DNA of 53,515 bases from Candidatus Enterosoma sp. (GCA_050874925.1 JBNMLQ010000001.1:1-53515); one strand, 5' to 3'; counted from the stretch's first letter, positions 9,093 through 19,738 are shown. Numbers and translations: made by a program. The notes: generated by a model not told the origin, from the letters alone.

Positions 9093-10433
9093 TTACATTT
9101 CGCTTTCTGCGAATCCCTGACCGGCAAGGATACCATTGATTTGATTATTGATTTCAAGAGCGACACCGACGACGATGATAAGACCGGTTCCGCCGAGAGA
9201 CAAGCTCGTCGGGACTGCTCCTGTCAAGGAAAGGATGACGGGGATGAGAGCGATAACCATCAAGGCCATGGAACCGATGAAAGTGATTCGGTTGAGGACC
9301 TTGGAAATGTATCTCTCCGTTTCGACACCAGGTTTGATTCCGGTAATATAGGTACCGGACTGCTGGAAGTTCTCGGCAATTCGTTCCGGATTGATTTCAA
9401 GCTGAGCATAGAAGTAGGAGAAGGCGATGATCAATACAGCGTAGATGATCGGACCCCACGGGAAGCTGAAGTTGTCTCCCATGGTCGTCATCGACTGATA
9501 ATTGAACACCTCTTCGATCTTCTGAGCCCAAGCCGGAGGATTTCCGTTGCTGAAGAGCGAGATGATGATACTTGGAGCAACCATGATGGAGGATGCGAAG
9601 ATGACCGGCATGACCGAACTGGCGTTCACCTTGATCGGCAGGAAACTGGCCTGCTGGGATGAAAGTTCGTTCGACTGGGAAGTGTTGGAGTGTGAAACCG
9701 GCAGTTTCCTGACGGATTTCTCAATGAATGTAACAAAGACGACAATCAATATCAAAGCCAGAAGATAGACGGTGATCTGGACGGCACCTTCGAGAATCAA
9801 GGAAGCATCGCCTTGCTGTACCTTGTCGCCAAGGTAGGAGGAGAAGGCACTGCTGATCTGAGACGGAAGGGACGAGATGATACCCTCGAAGATGAGGACG
9901 GAGATACCGTTTCCGATACCTTTGTCCGTAATCTGGTCACCTAACCAGGTGAGAATCATCGTACCTGCGATCATGAAGACGATAATCTTCGTATAACCCC
10001 AGGCCGAATCGTCTTTGAGGGTGATGCCCGAACTGTTCTTCAAGGCAACGATGATGCCGTAGGCCTGGACTGCTGCAAGGGCAACAGACAGGATACGGGT
10101 GACGACGTCCAGCTTCTTCCTTCCCGTCTCGCCTTCCTTGGTCATATTGGTCAAGGCAGGGAGAACGTCCATGGAAAGCAGCTGGATGATGATCTGAGCC
10201 GTGATATACGGCGAAACACCGAGAGCAAGAATAGAGAAATTCTGCAACGCACCTCCACCCATCATGTTCAGAAGGGAGAAGGCCGAAGTAGTATCGTCCC
10301 AGATGTTAGAGCTGACAGTAACACCTGGAACGGTGATAGCCGACCCAATTCGGAAGACAAGGAAAATGGCCAACGTAAATAGAATACGATTCAACACGTC
10401 CTTGTTATGGAAAAATGCGGCTACCTTTTTCAT
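9093..10433 (-). CDS. secY: Preprotein translocase subunit SecY
   Basis: 446 aa polytopic membrane protein. ALGVSPYITAQIIIQLL motif. Canonical position. Confidence 0.97.
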   Translation of the reverse strand: MKKVAAFFHNKDVLNRILFTLAIFLVFRIGSAITVPGVTVSSNIWDDTTSAFSLLNMMGGGALQNFSILALGVSPYITAQIIIQLLSMDVLPALTNMTKEGETGRKKLDVVTRILSVALAAVQAYGIIVALKNSSGITLKDDSAWGYTKIIVFMIAGTMILTWLGDQITDKGIGNGISVLIFEGIISSLPSQISSAFSSYLGDKVQQGDASLILEGAVQITVYLLALILIVVFVTFIEKSVRKLPVSHSNTSQSNELSSQQASFLPIKVNASSVMPVIFASSIMVAPSIIISLFSNGNPPAWAQKIEEVFNYQSMTTMGDNFSFPWGPIIYAVLIIAFSYFYAQLEINPERIAENFQQSGTYITGIKPGVETERYISKVLNRITFIGSMALMVIALIPVILSLTGAVPTSLSLGGTGLIIVVGVALEINNQINGILAGQGFAESEM

Positions 10434-10954
10434 TATTCACCCTCGTTTTCAGACTGGTCCTGATCCAAAGAAGCCAAGCTCTTGTTGAAGGTGACTCTGG
10501 CATCATGCAGAGATTCGGTGGCAGTGGTGCCTCCGACCTTCTCGATGGCTTCCTTGGCAGACTTCGTGAAAGCCTGGACGGTGACGTTCAGCTTCTTGGT
10601 GAGAGTGCCGTTGCCAAGGATCTTGACAGGATTGTTGAGATTTCTGACAAGGCCGGCAAAAACCAAGGCAGTGTCATTGACAGTGGTACCATCAGCAAAA
10701 GCGGCATCCAAGTCGCCAAGCTTCACAATAGTATACTCCACTCTGCCATAATTGACAAAGCCATGCTTCGGAATACGTCTGTAAAGTGGCAACTGACCAC
10801 CTTCGAATCCGATCGGGACCTTGCGTCCCTGTCTGGCACCCTGACCTTTCTGACCACGGGTAGAAGTCTTGCCCATGCCGGAGCCTAAACCACGGCCGAC
10901 TTTCTTGGGAAGATGACGGGAACCTTCAGCGATTTTGAGTTCATTCAATTCCAT
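10433..10954 (-). CDS. rplO: 50S ribosomal protein L15 (acidic C-terminal extension)
   Basis: 173 aa. KKVGRGLGSGMGKTSTRGQKGQ. Confidence 0.95.
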   Translation of the reverse strand: MELNELKIAEGSRHLPKKVGRGLGSGMGKTSTRGQKGQGARQGRKVPIGFEGGQLPLYRRIPKHGFVNYGRVEYTIVKLGDLDAAFADGTTVNDTALVFAGLVRNLNNPVKILGNGTLTKKLNVTVQAFTKSAKEAIEKVGGTTATESLHDARVTFNKSLASLDQDQSENEGE

Positions 10955-10969
10955 GATTCAATCCTCCTA

Positions 10970-11638
10970 TTACTTGGCTGAGGAAGTTTCGGCTTCGACG
11001 GCCGGCTTCTTGCCATAACGGACTTCAACAACCTTGTCATAGGACTTGAGCTGCTGGAGACCTTCGATGGTAGCCTTGACGACATTGCCCTGTGTCCTGG
11101 CGCCATAGATCTTGGAATAGACGTTCTTGACACCGGCAAGTTCAAGGATGGAACGGACAGCACCACCGGCGACAAGTCCGGTACCGGCCGGAGCCGGCTT
11201 TAGGAAGACCTGGGTAGCACCGAAGTGGCCCATGGTCGTATGGGCGATGGTATCACCCTTGGAGATGCTGATCTTGAACATGTTCTTCTTGGCGACGGCT
11301 AAGGCCTTCTTGATGGCATCCGGTACTTCGCTGGACTTGCCCAGACCATAACCGAATTTGCCTTTTCCATCACCGATGACGACAAGGGCCGTGAAGCGGA
11401 CGCGCTTACCACCCTTGACGGTCTTTGCGACTCTGGAAATCTTGATGACTCTTTCCTCGTAAAGCTTCTCTTCTTTTCTTCCGCGACCATTTCTGTCACG
11501 GTTGAAACGGCGACCGCCATTGCCGAAACGCTTGTTTCCCTTAGCATTGGCAGCAGACTTCTCACCGCCCTGGGCGGCTTCAGCCTTGACTTCGGTCTCA
11601 GCGACCGGAGCGACGTTCTCTTTTAATTCTTCAGCCAT
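10970..11638 (-). CDS. rpsE: 30S ribosomal protein S5 (about 55-aa N-terminal extension)
   Basis: 222 aa. Core VIKISRVAKTVKGGKRVRFTALVVIGDGKG. Only 15 nt separate it from rplO. Confidence 0.95.
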   Translation of the reverse strand: MAEELKENVAPVAETEVKAEAAQGGEKSAANAKGNKRFGNGGRRFNRDRNGRGRKEEKLYEERVIKISRVAKTVKGGKRVRFTALVVIGDGKGKFGYGLGKSSEVPDAIKKALAVAKKNMFKISISKGDTIAHTTMGHFGATQVFLKPAPAGTGLVAGGAVRSILELAGVKNVYSKIYGARTQGNVVKATIEGLQQLKSYDKVVEVRYGKKPAVEAETSSAK

Positions 11639-11651
11639 TTTCTATTTCTCC

Positions 11652-12008
11652 TTAGAAGGCTAAGCCTGCTTCTCTGCAGGCATCAGCCAAAGCCTTGACC
11701 TGTCCGTGATAGAGATATCCGGAACGATCGAAGACAGCCTTGGTAATGTTGAGAGCCTTGGCCTTGGCGGCTAAATCAGCACCGACCTTGCCAGCGGCGT
11801 CGCAGTTGGACGGATTGTCCAAGCCGAGCTTTGCGCTGCTGGAAGCAGCCAAAGTCTTACCGGTGGTATCGTCGACCAAAGCGGCATAGATGAATTTGTT
11901 GGAACGGAAGACAGAGATTCTCGGACGATCGGCAGTGCCCTTGACCTTGGCTCTGATTCTGATGTGGCGATGCAATCTCTGCTTGTTCTTATTGAATGCG
12001 CTATACAT
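11652..12008 (-). CDS. rplR: 50S ribosomal protein L18
   Basis: 118 aa. RPRISVFRSNKFIYAALVDD. Confidence 0.95.
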   Translation of the reverse strand: MYSAFNKNKQRLHRHIRIRAKVKGTADRPRISVFRSNKFIYAALVDDTTGKTLAASSSAKLGLDNPSNCDAAGKVGADLAAKAKALNITKAVFDRSGYLYHGQVKALADACREAGLAF

Positions 12009-12023
12009 GTTTCATCTCTCCTT

Positions 12024-12572
12024 TTAAGCGGACTTCTTGGCAGAGGCAGGCTGACGAAGAGTGATGACTTCACCCTGATAGCGGATACCCTTGCCATGAT
12101 AGCATTCCGGCTTTCTGACGTCACGGATGACGGCAGCGACCTGGCCGACTTTCTGCTTGTCGATACCTTCGACGATGATGAACATATTCTTGGTATCGAT
12201 GCTCATCTTGATGCCGTCCACGGCGTGGATGACATCCGGATGGGAATGACCGACATAGAGGACAAGATCGTTGCCCTTCATTTCGGCTCTGTAACCGACA
12301 CCCTTGACCTCAAGGACCTTCTTGAAGCCTTCGTTGACACCCTTGATCATGTCGGCAAGAATGGCACGGGCGGTGCCGTGGTTCATACGCATGGCAATGG
12401 TATCGTTCGGACGGGTGACATGGATGTGACCATCCTTCTCTTCGAAGGAAAGGTGCTTGTTGAAGGTCTGGGTAAGTTCACCGAGCTTTCCCTTGACAGT
12501 AGCCTTGCTACCATCGAAAGTGACGGTGACGCCTTCCGGAATTGCAATAGGTTCTCTACCGATTCTAGACAT
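12024..12572 (-). CDS. rplF: 50S ribosomal protein L6
   Basis: ORF track gives 12024..12602. The start MSRIGREPI at 12572 has AAGGAGG upstream and avoids overlapping rpsH. Confidence 0.95.
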   Translation of the reverse strand: MSRIGREPIAIPEGVTVTFDGSKATVKGKLGELTQTFNKHLSFEEKDGHIHVTRPNDTIAMRMNHGTARAILADMIKGVNEGFKKVLEVKGVGYRAEMKGNDLVLYVGHSHPDVIHAVDGIKMSIDTKNMFIIVEGIDKQKVGQVAAVIRDVRKPECYHGKGIRYQGEVITLRQPASAKKSA

Positions 12573-12585
12573 TTCCCTATCCTCC

Positions 12586-12987
12586 TTACCAAACGTAGGC
12601 AAGCACTTCGCCGCCGACGTTGAGTTTTCTGGCAGCCTTGTCAGTCATGACACCGTTGGAAGTGGAGACAATGGCGATGCCGAGGCCGTTGAGGACCTTC
12701 GGAAGCTTGTCAGCGGGAACAGTGACACGGAGACCCGGCTTAGAGATTCTCTTGATACCCGTGATGACACGGTTGTTCTTGGAATCATATTTCATCTTGA
12801 TGGTCAAAGTCTTGGAAGGCTTGCCTTCTTCAGCCTTGACGGAGAAGTCGGCGATGAAGCCTTCTTCCTTTAAAATCTTGGCAACCTTTTCACCGAGCTT
12901 GAAAGTCGGAAGAGAAACTTCTTCGGCTTTGCTTAAGTTAGCATTGCGGATACGGGTCAATAAATCAGACAAAGTATCGTTAACCAT
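12586..12987 (-). CDS. rpsH: 30S ribosomal protein S8
   Basis: 133 aa. DTLSDLLTRIRNA...GGEVLAYVW. Confidence 0.97.
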   Translation of the reverse strand: MVNDTLSDLLTRIRNANLSKAEEVSLPTFKLGEKVAKILKEEGFIADFSVKAEEGKPSKTLTIKMKYDSKNNRVITGIKRISKPGLRVTVPADKLPKVLNGLGIAIVSTSNGVMTDKAARKLNVGGEVLAYVW

Positions 12988-13005
12988 TTGATTTCTCTCC
13001 TTTCC

Positions 13006-13194
13006 TTACCAGCTGGCCTTGTGCATGCCAGGGATTTCGCCATTGTAGGCCATTTCTCTGAGGCAGATACGGCAGACACCGAACTGTCTGATGACGCCAT
13101 GGACTCTTCCGCAGCGGGTGCAACGGGTGTAGTTCTGGGTCTTGGGGTGCTTCTTGGGAGCAGCACACTTGATGATTAAAGCTTTTCTAGCCAT
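13006..13194 (-). CDS. rpsN: 30S ribosomal protein S14, short zinc-binding (type Z) form
   Basis: 61 aa with CTRCGR...CRIC. Confidence 0.95.
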   Translation of the reverse strand: MARKALIIKCAAPKKHPKTQNYTRCTRCGRVHGVIRQFGVCRICLREMAYNGEIPGMHKASW

Positions 13195-13209
13195 TGATCT
13201 TTCCTCCTA

Positions 13210-13821
13210 TTACTTAGAGAAGGGCATGCCGAGCTTGGTGAGCAGGGCAGCGGCTTCCTTATCGGTCTTGGCAGTGGTGACAATGACGACATCCATACCC
13301 TGGGTACGGGTGACCTTGTCATACTTGATTTCAGGGAAGATCAACTGTTCCTTGACACCGACGGAATAATTGCCACGTCCATCGAAGGAATCCTTGGAGA
13401 TACCGCGGAAGTCTCTGACACGCGGAAGATCGATGGAGATGAACTTGTCGAGGAAATCATACATATGAATTCTTCTGAGAGTGACCTTGACACCGACCGG
13501 GACGCCTTCACGGAGCTTGAAGTTGGCGATGGACTTCTTGGCCTTGGTGACGACCGGCTTCTGACCGGCAATCGTGGCCAATTCGGAAACGGCTTCTTCG
13601 ACGTTCTTCTCGTTGCCGCCGGCTTCGCCAAGTCTCATGTTGAGGACGATCTTGACAAGCTTCGGGCATTCCATGATGGACTTGTAGCCGAATTCCTTCA
13701 TCATTTCAGGAACGATTTCTTCCTGATATCTCTGCTCAAGACGGGAGACAAAGGCAGCTTTCTGGTTGCCCTGATTGTGAGCTTTCTTGACGGACACGCC
13801 GTTTTTCTTTTCTTCAGCCAT
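13210..13821 (-). CDS. rplE: 50S ribosomal protein L5 (N-terminal extension)
   Basis: ORF track starts at a TTG at 13827. The ATG at 13821 (MAEEKK) has AAGGAG 7-8 nt upstream. Confidence 0.95.
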   Translation of the reverse strand: MAEEKKNGVSVKKAHNQGNQKAAFVSRLEQRYQEEIVPEMMKEFGYKSIMECPKLVKIVLNMRLGEAGGNEKNVEEAVSELATIAGQKPVVTKAKKSIANFKLREGVPVGVKVTLRRIHMYDFLDKFISIDLPRVRDFRGISKDSFDGRGNYSVGVKEQLIFPEIKYDKVTRTQGMDVVIVTTAKTDKEAAALLTKLGMPFSK

Positions 13822-13832
13822 TTTCAATCTCC

Positions 13833-14141
13833 TTACTTGATTTCAGTGCCGCTCTTCTTGGCGACTCTGACCTTCTTGCCATCTTTCAGCATATAACCGA
13901 TTCTGGTAGCCTTGTTGGTCTTGGGATCGACAACAGCAACCTTGGAAGCATCGATAGGAAGAGTGACATCCTTGATGGTTCCCTTCGGATTGGCCTGAGA
14001 GGGCTTGACATGTTTCTTATTGACATTGACGCCTTCGACAACGACTTTGTTATCCTTCGGCATGGCCTTGAGGACCTTGCCGGTCTTTCCCTTGTCGTCG
14101 CCGGAGAGGACGATGACTGTATCACCAGTTTTGACTTTCAT
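13833..14141 (-). CDS. rplX: 50S ribosomal protein L24
   Basis: 102 aa. [23 protein letters not shown] (KOW motif). Confidence 0.95.
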   Translation of the reverse strand: MKVKTGDTVIVLSGDDKGKTGKVLKAMPKDNKVVVEGVNVNKKHVKPSQANPKGTIKDVTLPIDASKVAVVDPKTNKATRIGYMLKDGKKVRVAKKSGTEIK

Positions 14142-14159
14142 GATTTCGTTCCTCCTGGA

Positions 14160-14534
14160 CTAAAGAACTTCGACAGCCAAAGAGACGATCTTCATATATT
14201 TATCGCCCTTTTCACGAAGTTCACGGGCAACAGGTCCGAAGACACGGGTACCCTTCGGGGTTCCGTCATCGTTGATGATGACGACGGCGTTGTCATCGAA
14301 ACGGATGGTGGAACCATCCTTTCTCTGATAAGCCTTCTTGACGCGAACGATGACACCCTTGACGACATCGCTCTTCTTGACTTTGCCATTCGGGATGGCA
14401 TCCTTGACAGCGCAGATGACAACATCACCGACGCTGGCAGATTTTCTGTGAGAGCCACCCATAAGATGGAAGACTCTGACAGAACGAGCACCGGAGTTGT
14501 CAGCAACAACCAGGTTAGTTTCAGTCTGAACCAT
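14160..14534 (-). CDS. rplN: 50S ribosomal protein L14
   Basis: 124 aa. [10 protein letters not shown]... Confidence 0.97.
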   Translation of the reverse strand: MVQTETNLVVADNSGARSVRVFHLMGGSHRKSASVGDVVICAVKDAIPNGKVKKSDVVKGVIVRVKKAYQRKDGSTIRFDDNAVVIINDDGTPKGTRVFGPVARELREKGDKYMKIVSLAVEVL

Positions 14535-14536
14535 GA

Positions 14537-14818
14537 TTATTCTCCCTTCTTGACCACTTCAACCAAGCGGAAATGCTTGTCGTGGGAAAGCGGACGGCAT
14601 TCTTCGAAGACAACGACATCGCCGACCTTGGCGACAGAGTTTCTGTCATCGACCTTGTACTTCTTGCGGGAAAGGACTCTCTTCTTGTAAATCGGATGAG
14701 CCTTGTAGGTTTCGGTCTCGACGACGATGGTCTTTTCCATCTTGGCAGAGACGACAGTTCCCTGAAGTCTTCTTCTGTTAGAGGCCTTAATGACCTTTTC
14801 ATCTAATTCTTCAGCCAT
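14537..14818 (-). CDS. rpsQ: 30S ribosomal protein S17
   Basis: 93 aa. [17 protein letters not shown]...HPIYKKR. Confidence 0.95.
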   Translation of the reverse strand: MAEELDEKVIKASNRRRLQGTVVSAKMEKTIVVETETYKAHPIYKKRVLSRKKYKVDDRNSVAKVGDVVVFEECRPLSHDKHFRLVEVVKKGE

Positions 14819-14835
14819 GTTTTCAAGCCTCCATT

Positions 14836-15051
14836 TTACTTAGCGGCAGCATCCTTGGCTGCAGCATTCTTTCTTTCCTGAGCGACCGTGAGGAGTCTAG
14901 CGATGTCCTTACGGCAAGCGGTGATCTTGGCACCGTTATCCAACTGACCGGCCTTGGCCTGGAATCTGAGGGTAAGAAGATTGCCCTTGAGTTCGTAGAC
15001 CTTCTGAGCGAGGTCTTTGTCAGATAATTTTCTAACTTCTTCGATAGTCAT
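14836..15051 (-). CDS. rpmC: 50S ribosomal protein L29
   Basis: 71 aa. ELKGNLLTLRFQAKAGQL. Stop overlaps the rplP start region. Confidence 0.9.
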   Translation of the reverse strand: MTIEEVRKLSDKDLAQKVYELKGNLLTLRFQAKAGQLDNGAKITACRKDIARLLTVAQERKNAAAKDAAAK

Positions 15052-15470
15052 TATTTGTTTTCCTCGCCTTTCTTGACAACTCTCGTAGTGACAGAGAGCT
15101 TATATCCGGCCTGCTTGAGAGCAGCGATGCAGTCAGCCGGAGCAATGCCGCCGATTTCGAACATGACAGTTCCCTTGTCGACGACAGCATCCCACTTCTC
15201 GACAGTACCTTTACCGTTACCCATACGGACTTCAGCAGGTTTCTTGGTGATGCCAAGGTAAGGGAAGATACGAATGTAGGATTTACCAAATTTCTTGGTG
15301 TATCTGGATAAGACAACACGGGCAGATTCAATCTGGCGGTTGTTGATGTATCCACCGCAGGTTGCGACAAGTCCATAGTCACCATAGGCGACGGTGTTGC
15401 ATCTTGAAGCAAAATCCTTCGGCTTGACTAAATGGCTGCGACGCCATTTCTGTCTTTTCGGTTGTAACAT
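15051..15470 (-). CDS. rplP: 50S ribosomal protein L16
   Basis: 139 aa. MLQPKRQKWRRSH... Confidence 0.97.
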   Translation of the reverse strand: MLQPKRQKWRRSHLVKPKDFASRCNTVAYGDYGLVATCGGYINNRQIESARVVLSRYTKKFGKSYIRIFPYLGITKKPAEVRMGNGKGTVEKWDAVVDKGTVMFEIGGIAPADCIAALKQAGYKLSVTTRVVKKGEENK

Positions 15471-15472
15471 TC

Positions 15473-16264
15473 TTATTCTCCTTTCTGTTCAGGAGCTGCA
15501 TCCTTGCTTTCGCTCGGAGTAGCCTGAGGGGCTGGACGGTTGCCGCGGTTGTTCGGACGGCCGCCTTTGTTGAAACGGCCACGGCCGAAACGTCCCTGAT
15601 CAGGACGGCGGTCTCTCAGTTCCTGATAGTTCTCAGGAAGAGCGATCCAAACCTTGACGCCGATGACGCCATAGGTGGTCTGGCATGGAGTGTAGGCATA
15701 ATCGATAGGCTGACGGAGGGTATGGAGACCGAGGACGCCTTCGCGATATTCTTCGTAACGGGCGATTTCGGCACCACCGATACGTCCCTTGGTCATCGTC
15801 TTGCAACCGAGGGCGCCGGCTCTCATGACTCTCTGAAGGGCCTTCTTCTGGACAACTCTGTAAGAAGCTCTTTCCTGGAGCTGCTTGGCGATGTCCTTGG
15901 CAACAAGCATGGCATCGAGATCAGGATTCTTGATTTCGACGATGGAGAACTTGATGGTCTTGGGATCCTTCTTGAGGATCTTGGAAACCTTGCTGGTAAT
16001 CTCCTTGATCTGGGCATTGTCCTTGCCTAAGACAATGGCAGGATGAGAGACGAAGAGGGAGATGGTGATGTTGTTCTTGATTCTCTCGATATCGATGTGG
16101 GAAAGACCGGCATCGATCTTGTTGAGAAGAGGTTCAAGATACTTTCTGATCTTGATGTCTTCTTCAAGATAGGAAGCAAAGGTCTTCTTATCGGCATACC
16201 AGTGACTGGACCAGTCGCGGTTGATGCCTAAACGTAAACCGTTTGGATTGACTTTCTGACCCAT
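15473..16264 (-). CDS. rpsC: 30S ribosomal protein S3 (R/G/P-rich C-terminal extension)
   Basis: 263 aa. MGQKVNPNGLRLGINRDW. Confidence 0.97.
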   Translation of the reverse strand: MGQKVNPNGLRLGINRDWSSHWYADKKTFASYLEEDIKIRKYLEPLLNKIDAGLSHIDIERIKNNITISLFVSHPAIVLGKDNAQIKEITSKVSKILKKDPKTIKFSIVEIKNPDLDAMLVAKDIAKQLQERASYRVVQKKALQRVMRAGALGCKTMTKGRIGGAEIARYEEYREGVLGLHTLRQPIDYAYTPCQTTYGVIGVKVWIALPENYQELRDRRPDQGRFGRGRFNKGGRPNNRGNRPAPQATPSESKDAAPEQKGE

Positions 16265-16266
16265 AA

Positions 16267-16674
16267 TTACTTAGCCTCCTTGGTCTTGAGAGTGACAAAG
16301 ACGTGAGACCAGCGCTTGACAAGACCGCTGGCAGAGCCCTTGGCTCTTGGTAAGATTCTCTTTAATCTCATGGCATCGTTGGCAGTGATCTCAGCGATGT
16401 AGAGGGAATCGCGGTCCATATGGAAGTTGTTGACAGCGTTTGCTTCAGCAGACTTGATGAGGCCGGCGATATCCTTGGCGCACATCTTGGGGCAGTTGGC
16501 CAGGATGGCATAGGCAGTATCGAGGTCCTTGCCACGAATCAAATCGATGACAAGTCTGACCTTTCTCGGAGTGACACCATAGTTAAGGAGCTTAGCCTTG
16601 GCTTCGGTGACAGTGACGGTCTTTTCTTCGGCTAAAGGTTTGACTTCAGTCTGTTTGTTATCTTTTTCAGCCAT
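16267..16674 (-). CDS. rplV: 50S ribosomal protein L22 (N-terminal extension)
   Basis: 135 aa. VTPRKVRLVIDLIRGK. Confidence 0.95.
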   Translation of the reverse strand: MAEKDNKQTEVKPLAEEKTVTVTEAKAKLLNYGVTPRKVRLVIDLIRGKDLDTAYAILANCPKMCAKDIAGLIKSAEANAVNNFHMDRDSLYIAEITANDAMRLKRILPRAKGSASGLVKRWSHVFVTLKTKEAK

Positions 16675-16685
16675 TTTTCTTCTCC

Positions 16686-16967
16686 TTACTTCTTGGTGGT
16701 ATCATCTGCACCGGAACGATGTGCAGTGAAGGTACGGGTGAAAACGAATTCGCCCAATTTGTGACCGACCATATCTTCAGTGACATAGACCGGGACAAAA
16801 GCTCTGCCGTTGTGAACAGAGATTGTATGCTGGATGAAATCCGGGAAAATGGTGGAACGTCTGGACCAGGTCTTGATGACCTCCTTCTTTCCGGATGCAT
16901 TCTGCTCCTGAACTCTCTTGAGGAGCTTTGGATCGCAATACGGACCCTTTTTTAAACTTCTGGACAT
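16686..16967 (-). CDS. rpsS: 30S ribosomal protein S19
   Basis: 93 aa. [10 protein letters not shown]...[23 protein letters not shown]. Confidence 0.97.
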   Translation of the reverse strand: MSRSLKKGPYCDPKLLKRVQEQNASGKKEVIKTWSRRSTIFPDFIQHTISVHNGRAFVPVYVTEDMVGHKLGEFVFTRTFTAHRSGADDTTKK

Positions 16968-16985
16968 TTGTCATTCTCCTCCTGT

Positions 16986-17816
16986 TTACTTGCCGTTGCG
17001 TCTTCTGACGATGAGACGGTTTGTCTTGTTCTTCTTGGAACGGGTCTTGACACCCATGAGTCTTCTGCCCCAAGGAGATCTCGGAGCATCGTGACCGACA
17101 GGGTTCTTACCTTCACCACCACCATGCGGATGGTCGTTCGGGTTCATGACGGCACCACGGACGGTCGGACGTTCGCCGAGCCATCTGGTTCTACCGGCCT
17201 TACCCTTGGAAACAAGGTTGTAGTCTTCATTGCCGACAGCGCCGATGGTAGCTCTGCAGGTGAGAAGGAACTTTCTGACTTCGCCGGAAGCGAGTCTGAG
17301 GGTGCAGTATTTGTCTTCCTTACCAAGGATCTGGGCAGAAGTACCAGCTGCACGGCAGACCTGTCCGCCCTTGCCAGGTTCAAGTTCGACATTGTGGACA
17401 GTGATACCTTCAGGAATGTTGGCAAGCTGCATGCAGTTGCCGACGGCGATTTCGCCGGCCTTTCCGTCAGTGACGGTCATGCCGACAGTCAAGCCCTTCG
17501 GGCAGATGATGTATCTCTTCTTGCCATGAGTATCGATGATCAAGGCGATACGGCAGTTTCTGTTCGGGTCATATTCGATGGCCTTGACGACAGAGGTGGA
17601 TTCGCCGTTTCTCTTGAAGTCGATGATACGGTACATCCTCTTGTTGCCACCACCGATGTGACGGCAGGTGATGTAGCCCTGATTGTTTCTGCCGCCAGTC
17701 TTCTTGAGCGGCTTCATCAAAGATTTTTCAGGAGCTTTTTTCGTGAGATCCCTCGTTGATAAGGTGGCGAGGTTTCTCATACCCCCGGTCAAGGGGTTAT
17801 AAGTTTTGATAGCCAT
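16986..17816 (-). CDS. rplB: 50S ribosomal protein L2
   Basis: 276 aa. [14 protein letters not shown]. Confidence 0.97.
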   Translation of the reverse strand: MAIKTYNPLTGGMRNLATLSTRDLTKKAPEKSLMKPLKKTGGRNNQGYITCRHIGGGNKRMYRIIDFKRNGESTSVVKAIEYDPNRNCRIALIIDTHGKKRYIICPKGLTVGMTVTDGKAGEIAVGNCMQLANIPEGITVHNVELEPGKGGQVCRAAGTSAQILGKEDKYCTLRLASGEVRKFLLTCRATIGAVGNEDYNLVSKGKAGRTRWLGERPTVRGAVMNPNDHPHGGGEGKNPVGHDAPRSPWGRRLMGVKTRSKKNKTNRLIVRRRNGK

Positions 17817-17842
17817 ATTTTTCTCCTATAATTTTCTTTTAC

Positions 17843-18271
17843 TTACTTGGCTTCCTCATTGGCAGCTCTTTCTTCATTGGCAACCTGGGCAGCAATCTTG
17901 CCGAGGTCGAAGGAAGAATCAAATCTGACAATGGCTTTCTTGTACTGCGGCAGCTTGCCGGAGTAGCGACCGACTCTTCTGGTCTTGCTAGGGACGTTCA
18001 TCGTATTGACGCTCTTGACCTTGGCATTGAAGATAGCCTGGACGGCAGCCTTGATCTCAAGCTTGGTAGCCTTCTTGTCAACGGCGAAGACCATGGCGTT
18101 CTCCGTAGACTGGAGCTTCTGGGTCTCTTCGGTGACGATGATGTGCTTGATGATGGAAAAGTCCTTGATGATAGCAGGACGGGTGACGAATTCAACAGTT
18201 TCCTCAGCCTTGTCTTCGGCCTTGGCAGTGGAAGCTTCGACAGCTTCTTCAATCTTCTTTTCTTCAGCCAT
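17843..18271 (-). CDS. rplW: 50S ribosomal protein L23 (about 45-aa acidic N-terminal extension)
   Basis: 142 aa. Core FAVDKKATKLEIKAAVQAIFNAKVKSVNTMN. AAGGAGG SD lies inside the rplD tail, with a TAATG stop/start overlap. Confidence 0.9.
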   Translation of the reverse strand: MAEEKKIEEAVEASTAKAEDKAEETVEFVTRPAIIKDFSIIKHIIVTEETQKLQSTENAMVFAVDKKATKLEIKAAVQAIFNAKVKSVNTMNVPSKTRRVGRYSGKLPQYKKAIVRFDSSFDLGKIAAQVANEERAANEEAK

Positions 18272-18942
18272 TATTCAGCATCCTCCTTGCAGCATTCATC
18301 GCAGTGGCATTCATCGAGCGGTGCCGGGATAACGCCCTTGACCATGATCAGCTTCTTGGAATTGAGGATGTCATAGACAGAAAGGTTATCGGCAGAGACG
18401 ACGGTAACGGACGGGATGTTGGCAGCAGCTCTGATGAGGTTCTCATCATAGGCAGCGACAACCAACAGGTTCTTCTTCTCATCGGCGCCGATGGCGCTGA
18501 GGGCCTTGACAAAGTCCTTGGTCTTAGAAGAAGAGAAGGCTTCATCGGTAAGGACGATGAGGTTGTTGTTGTTGACCTTGTCGGAGAGAGCAGAAGTGAA
18601 AGCGATGTAATGCTCCTTCTTGTTCATCTTCAGGGTGTGGTTCTGCTGACCATTCGGTGCAAAGACGACACCGCCGTGTCTCCAGACAGGAGAGTTGGTG
18701 GTACCGGCTCTGGCACGGCCAGTGCCCTTCTGACGGAAAGGCTTGCGGTTGGAACCATGGACAATGTCACGGGTAAGAGTGTGAGCAGTGTCGACTCTTC
18801 TGTTGGAAAGGTCGACTCTGACAGCTCTCTGGACGACGACTTCATTGATTTCGGCAGAGAAGAGATCGCACGGAAGGTTGACTTCTCCGACCTTGGCACC
18901 GGTATAATCGACGACCGGCCAGTTAAGATTTTCGTTAGCCAT
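18271..18942 (-). CDS. rplD: 50S ribosomal protein L4 (Cys-rich C-terminal tail)
   Basis: 223 aa. [16 protein letters not shown]. The tail ends [14 protein letters not shown]. Confidence 0.95.
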   Translation of the reverse strand: MANENLNWPVVDYTGAKVGEVNLPCDLFSAEINEVVVQRAVRVDLSNRRVDTAHTLTRDIVHGSNRKPFRQKGTGRARAGTTNSPVWRHGGVVFAPNGQQNHTLKMNKKEHYIAFTSALSDKVNNNNLIVLTDEAFSSSKTKDFVKALSAIGADEKKNLLVVAAYDENLIRAAANIPSVTVVSADNLSVYDILNSKKLIMVKGVIPAPLDECHCDECCKEDAE

Positions 18943-18961
18943 TTTCTATTCTCCTTCTCGA

Positions 18962-19738
18962 TTAGGATCTCTTGGAGGTCTTCATCGGGTTGACCTTCTT
19001 GCCCGGGACAGCTGTGGCCTTGGCCAAAGCTTCCTGCTGCTTCTTTTCGATATCAGCGATGGTCTCCTTGGTGTAGTCGACGATCGGGCTGACAGCGAAC
19101 GGCTTCTTGTGTTCGACGGTGGAGCGGATCTTCATGATGGAATACTTCGGACCAGCGACGGAACCGCGGATGAGGATGCAGTTCTTTTCGGCATCGACGG
19201 AGACGATGGGCAGATTGAGGACTGTTCTCGTCTGCGGTCTCCACTGGCCGGACATCTTCTTGCCGGCATGGACACGGTTGTTGCAGCGTCCGTTGGTGGC
19301 AAGGGAACCGATCTGTCTGTGATAGCCGGAACCATGGCCCTTCGGACCGATGATGCCGTGATATCTCTTGATGGTGCCAGTGTAACCATGGCCCTTGCTC
19401 TTGGCAGTGACATCGACCATATCGCCAGCGGCGAAGATGGAAGCATCAATGCTGGAGCCTACTTCGAATTTTCCATAAATTTCATCGCCTTCCAGCTCAC
19501 GGATGAAATACTTTGGAGCAGTGTTGGCTTTCTTGCAGACACCGAGGAGCGGCTTGTTGGCACGCTTTTCCTTCTTGTCTTCATAGCCGACCTGAAGAGC
19601 CTCATATCCGTCTTTCTCCTTGGTCTTGACCTGGAGAACAACGTTTGGAAGGACTTCGACGACAGTGACCGGGTAGGTGGAACCGTCTTCAGCGAAGACG
19701 GAAGTCATTCCGATCTTTCTTCCGATGATAGATTTCAT
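18962..19738 (-). CDS. rplC: 50S ribosomal protein L3 (C-terminal extension)
   Basis: 258 aa. [10 protein letters not shown]...KGHGYTG. Confidence 0.95.
   Translation of the reverse strand: MKSIIGRKIGMTSVFAEDGSTYPVTVVEVLPNVVLQVKTKEKDGYEALQVGYEDKKEKRANKPLLGVCKKANTAPKYFIRELEGDEIYGKFEVGSSIDASIFAAGDMVDVTAKSKGHGYTGTIKRYHGIIGPKGHGSGYHRQIGSLATNGRCNNRVHAGKKMSGQWRPQTRTVLNLPIVSVDAEKNCILIRGSVAGPKYSIMKIRSTVEHKKPFAVSPIVDYTKETIADIEKKQQEALAKATAVPGKKVNPMKTSKRS

Noticed and set aside
12573-12602. Longer N-terminal extensions proposed by the ORF track for several genes (rplF, rplE, fucO, GH2, GH43, CMD-cupin, LUD, metal ABC genes, HD protein)
   Set aside because: The track takes the most upstream ATG/TTG/GTG. 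In each case a downstream ATG has a proper SD, matches the family N-terminus, or removes an overlap with the preceding gene. Coordinates were trimmed accordingly.
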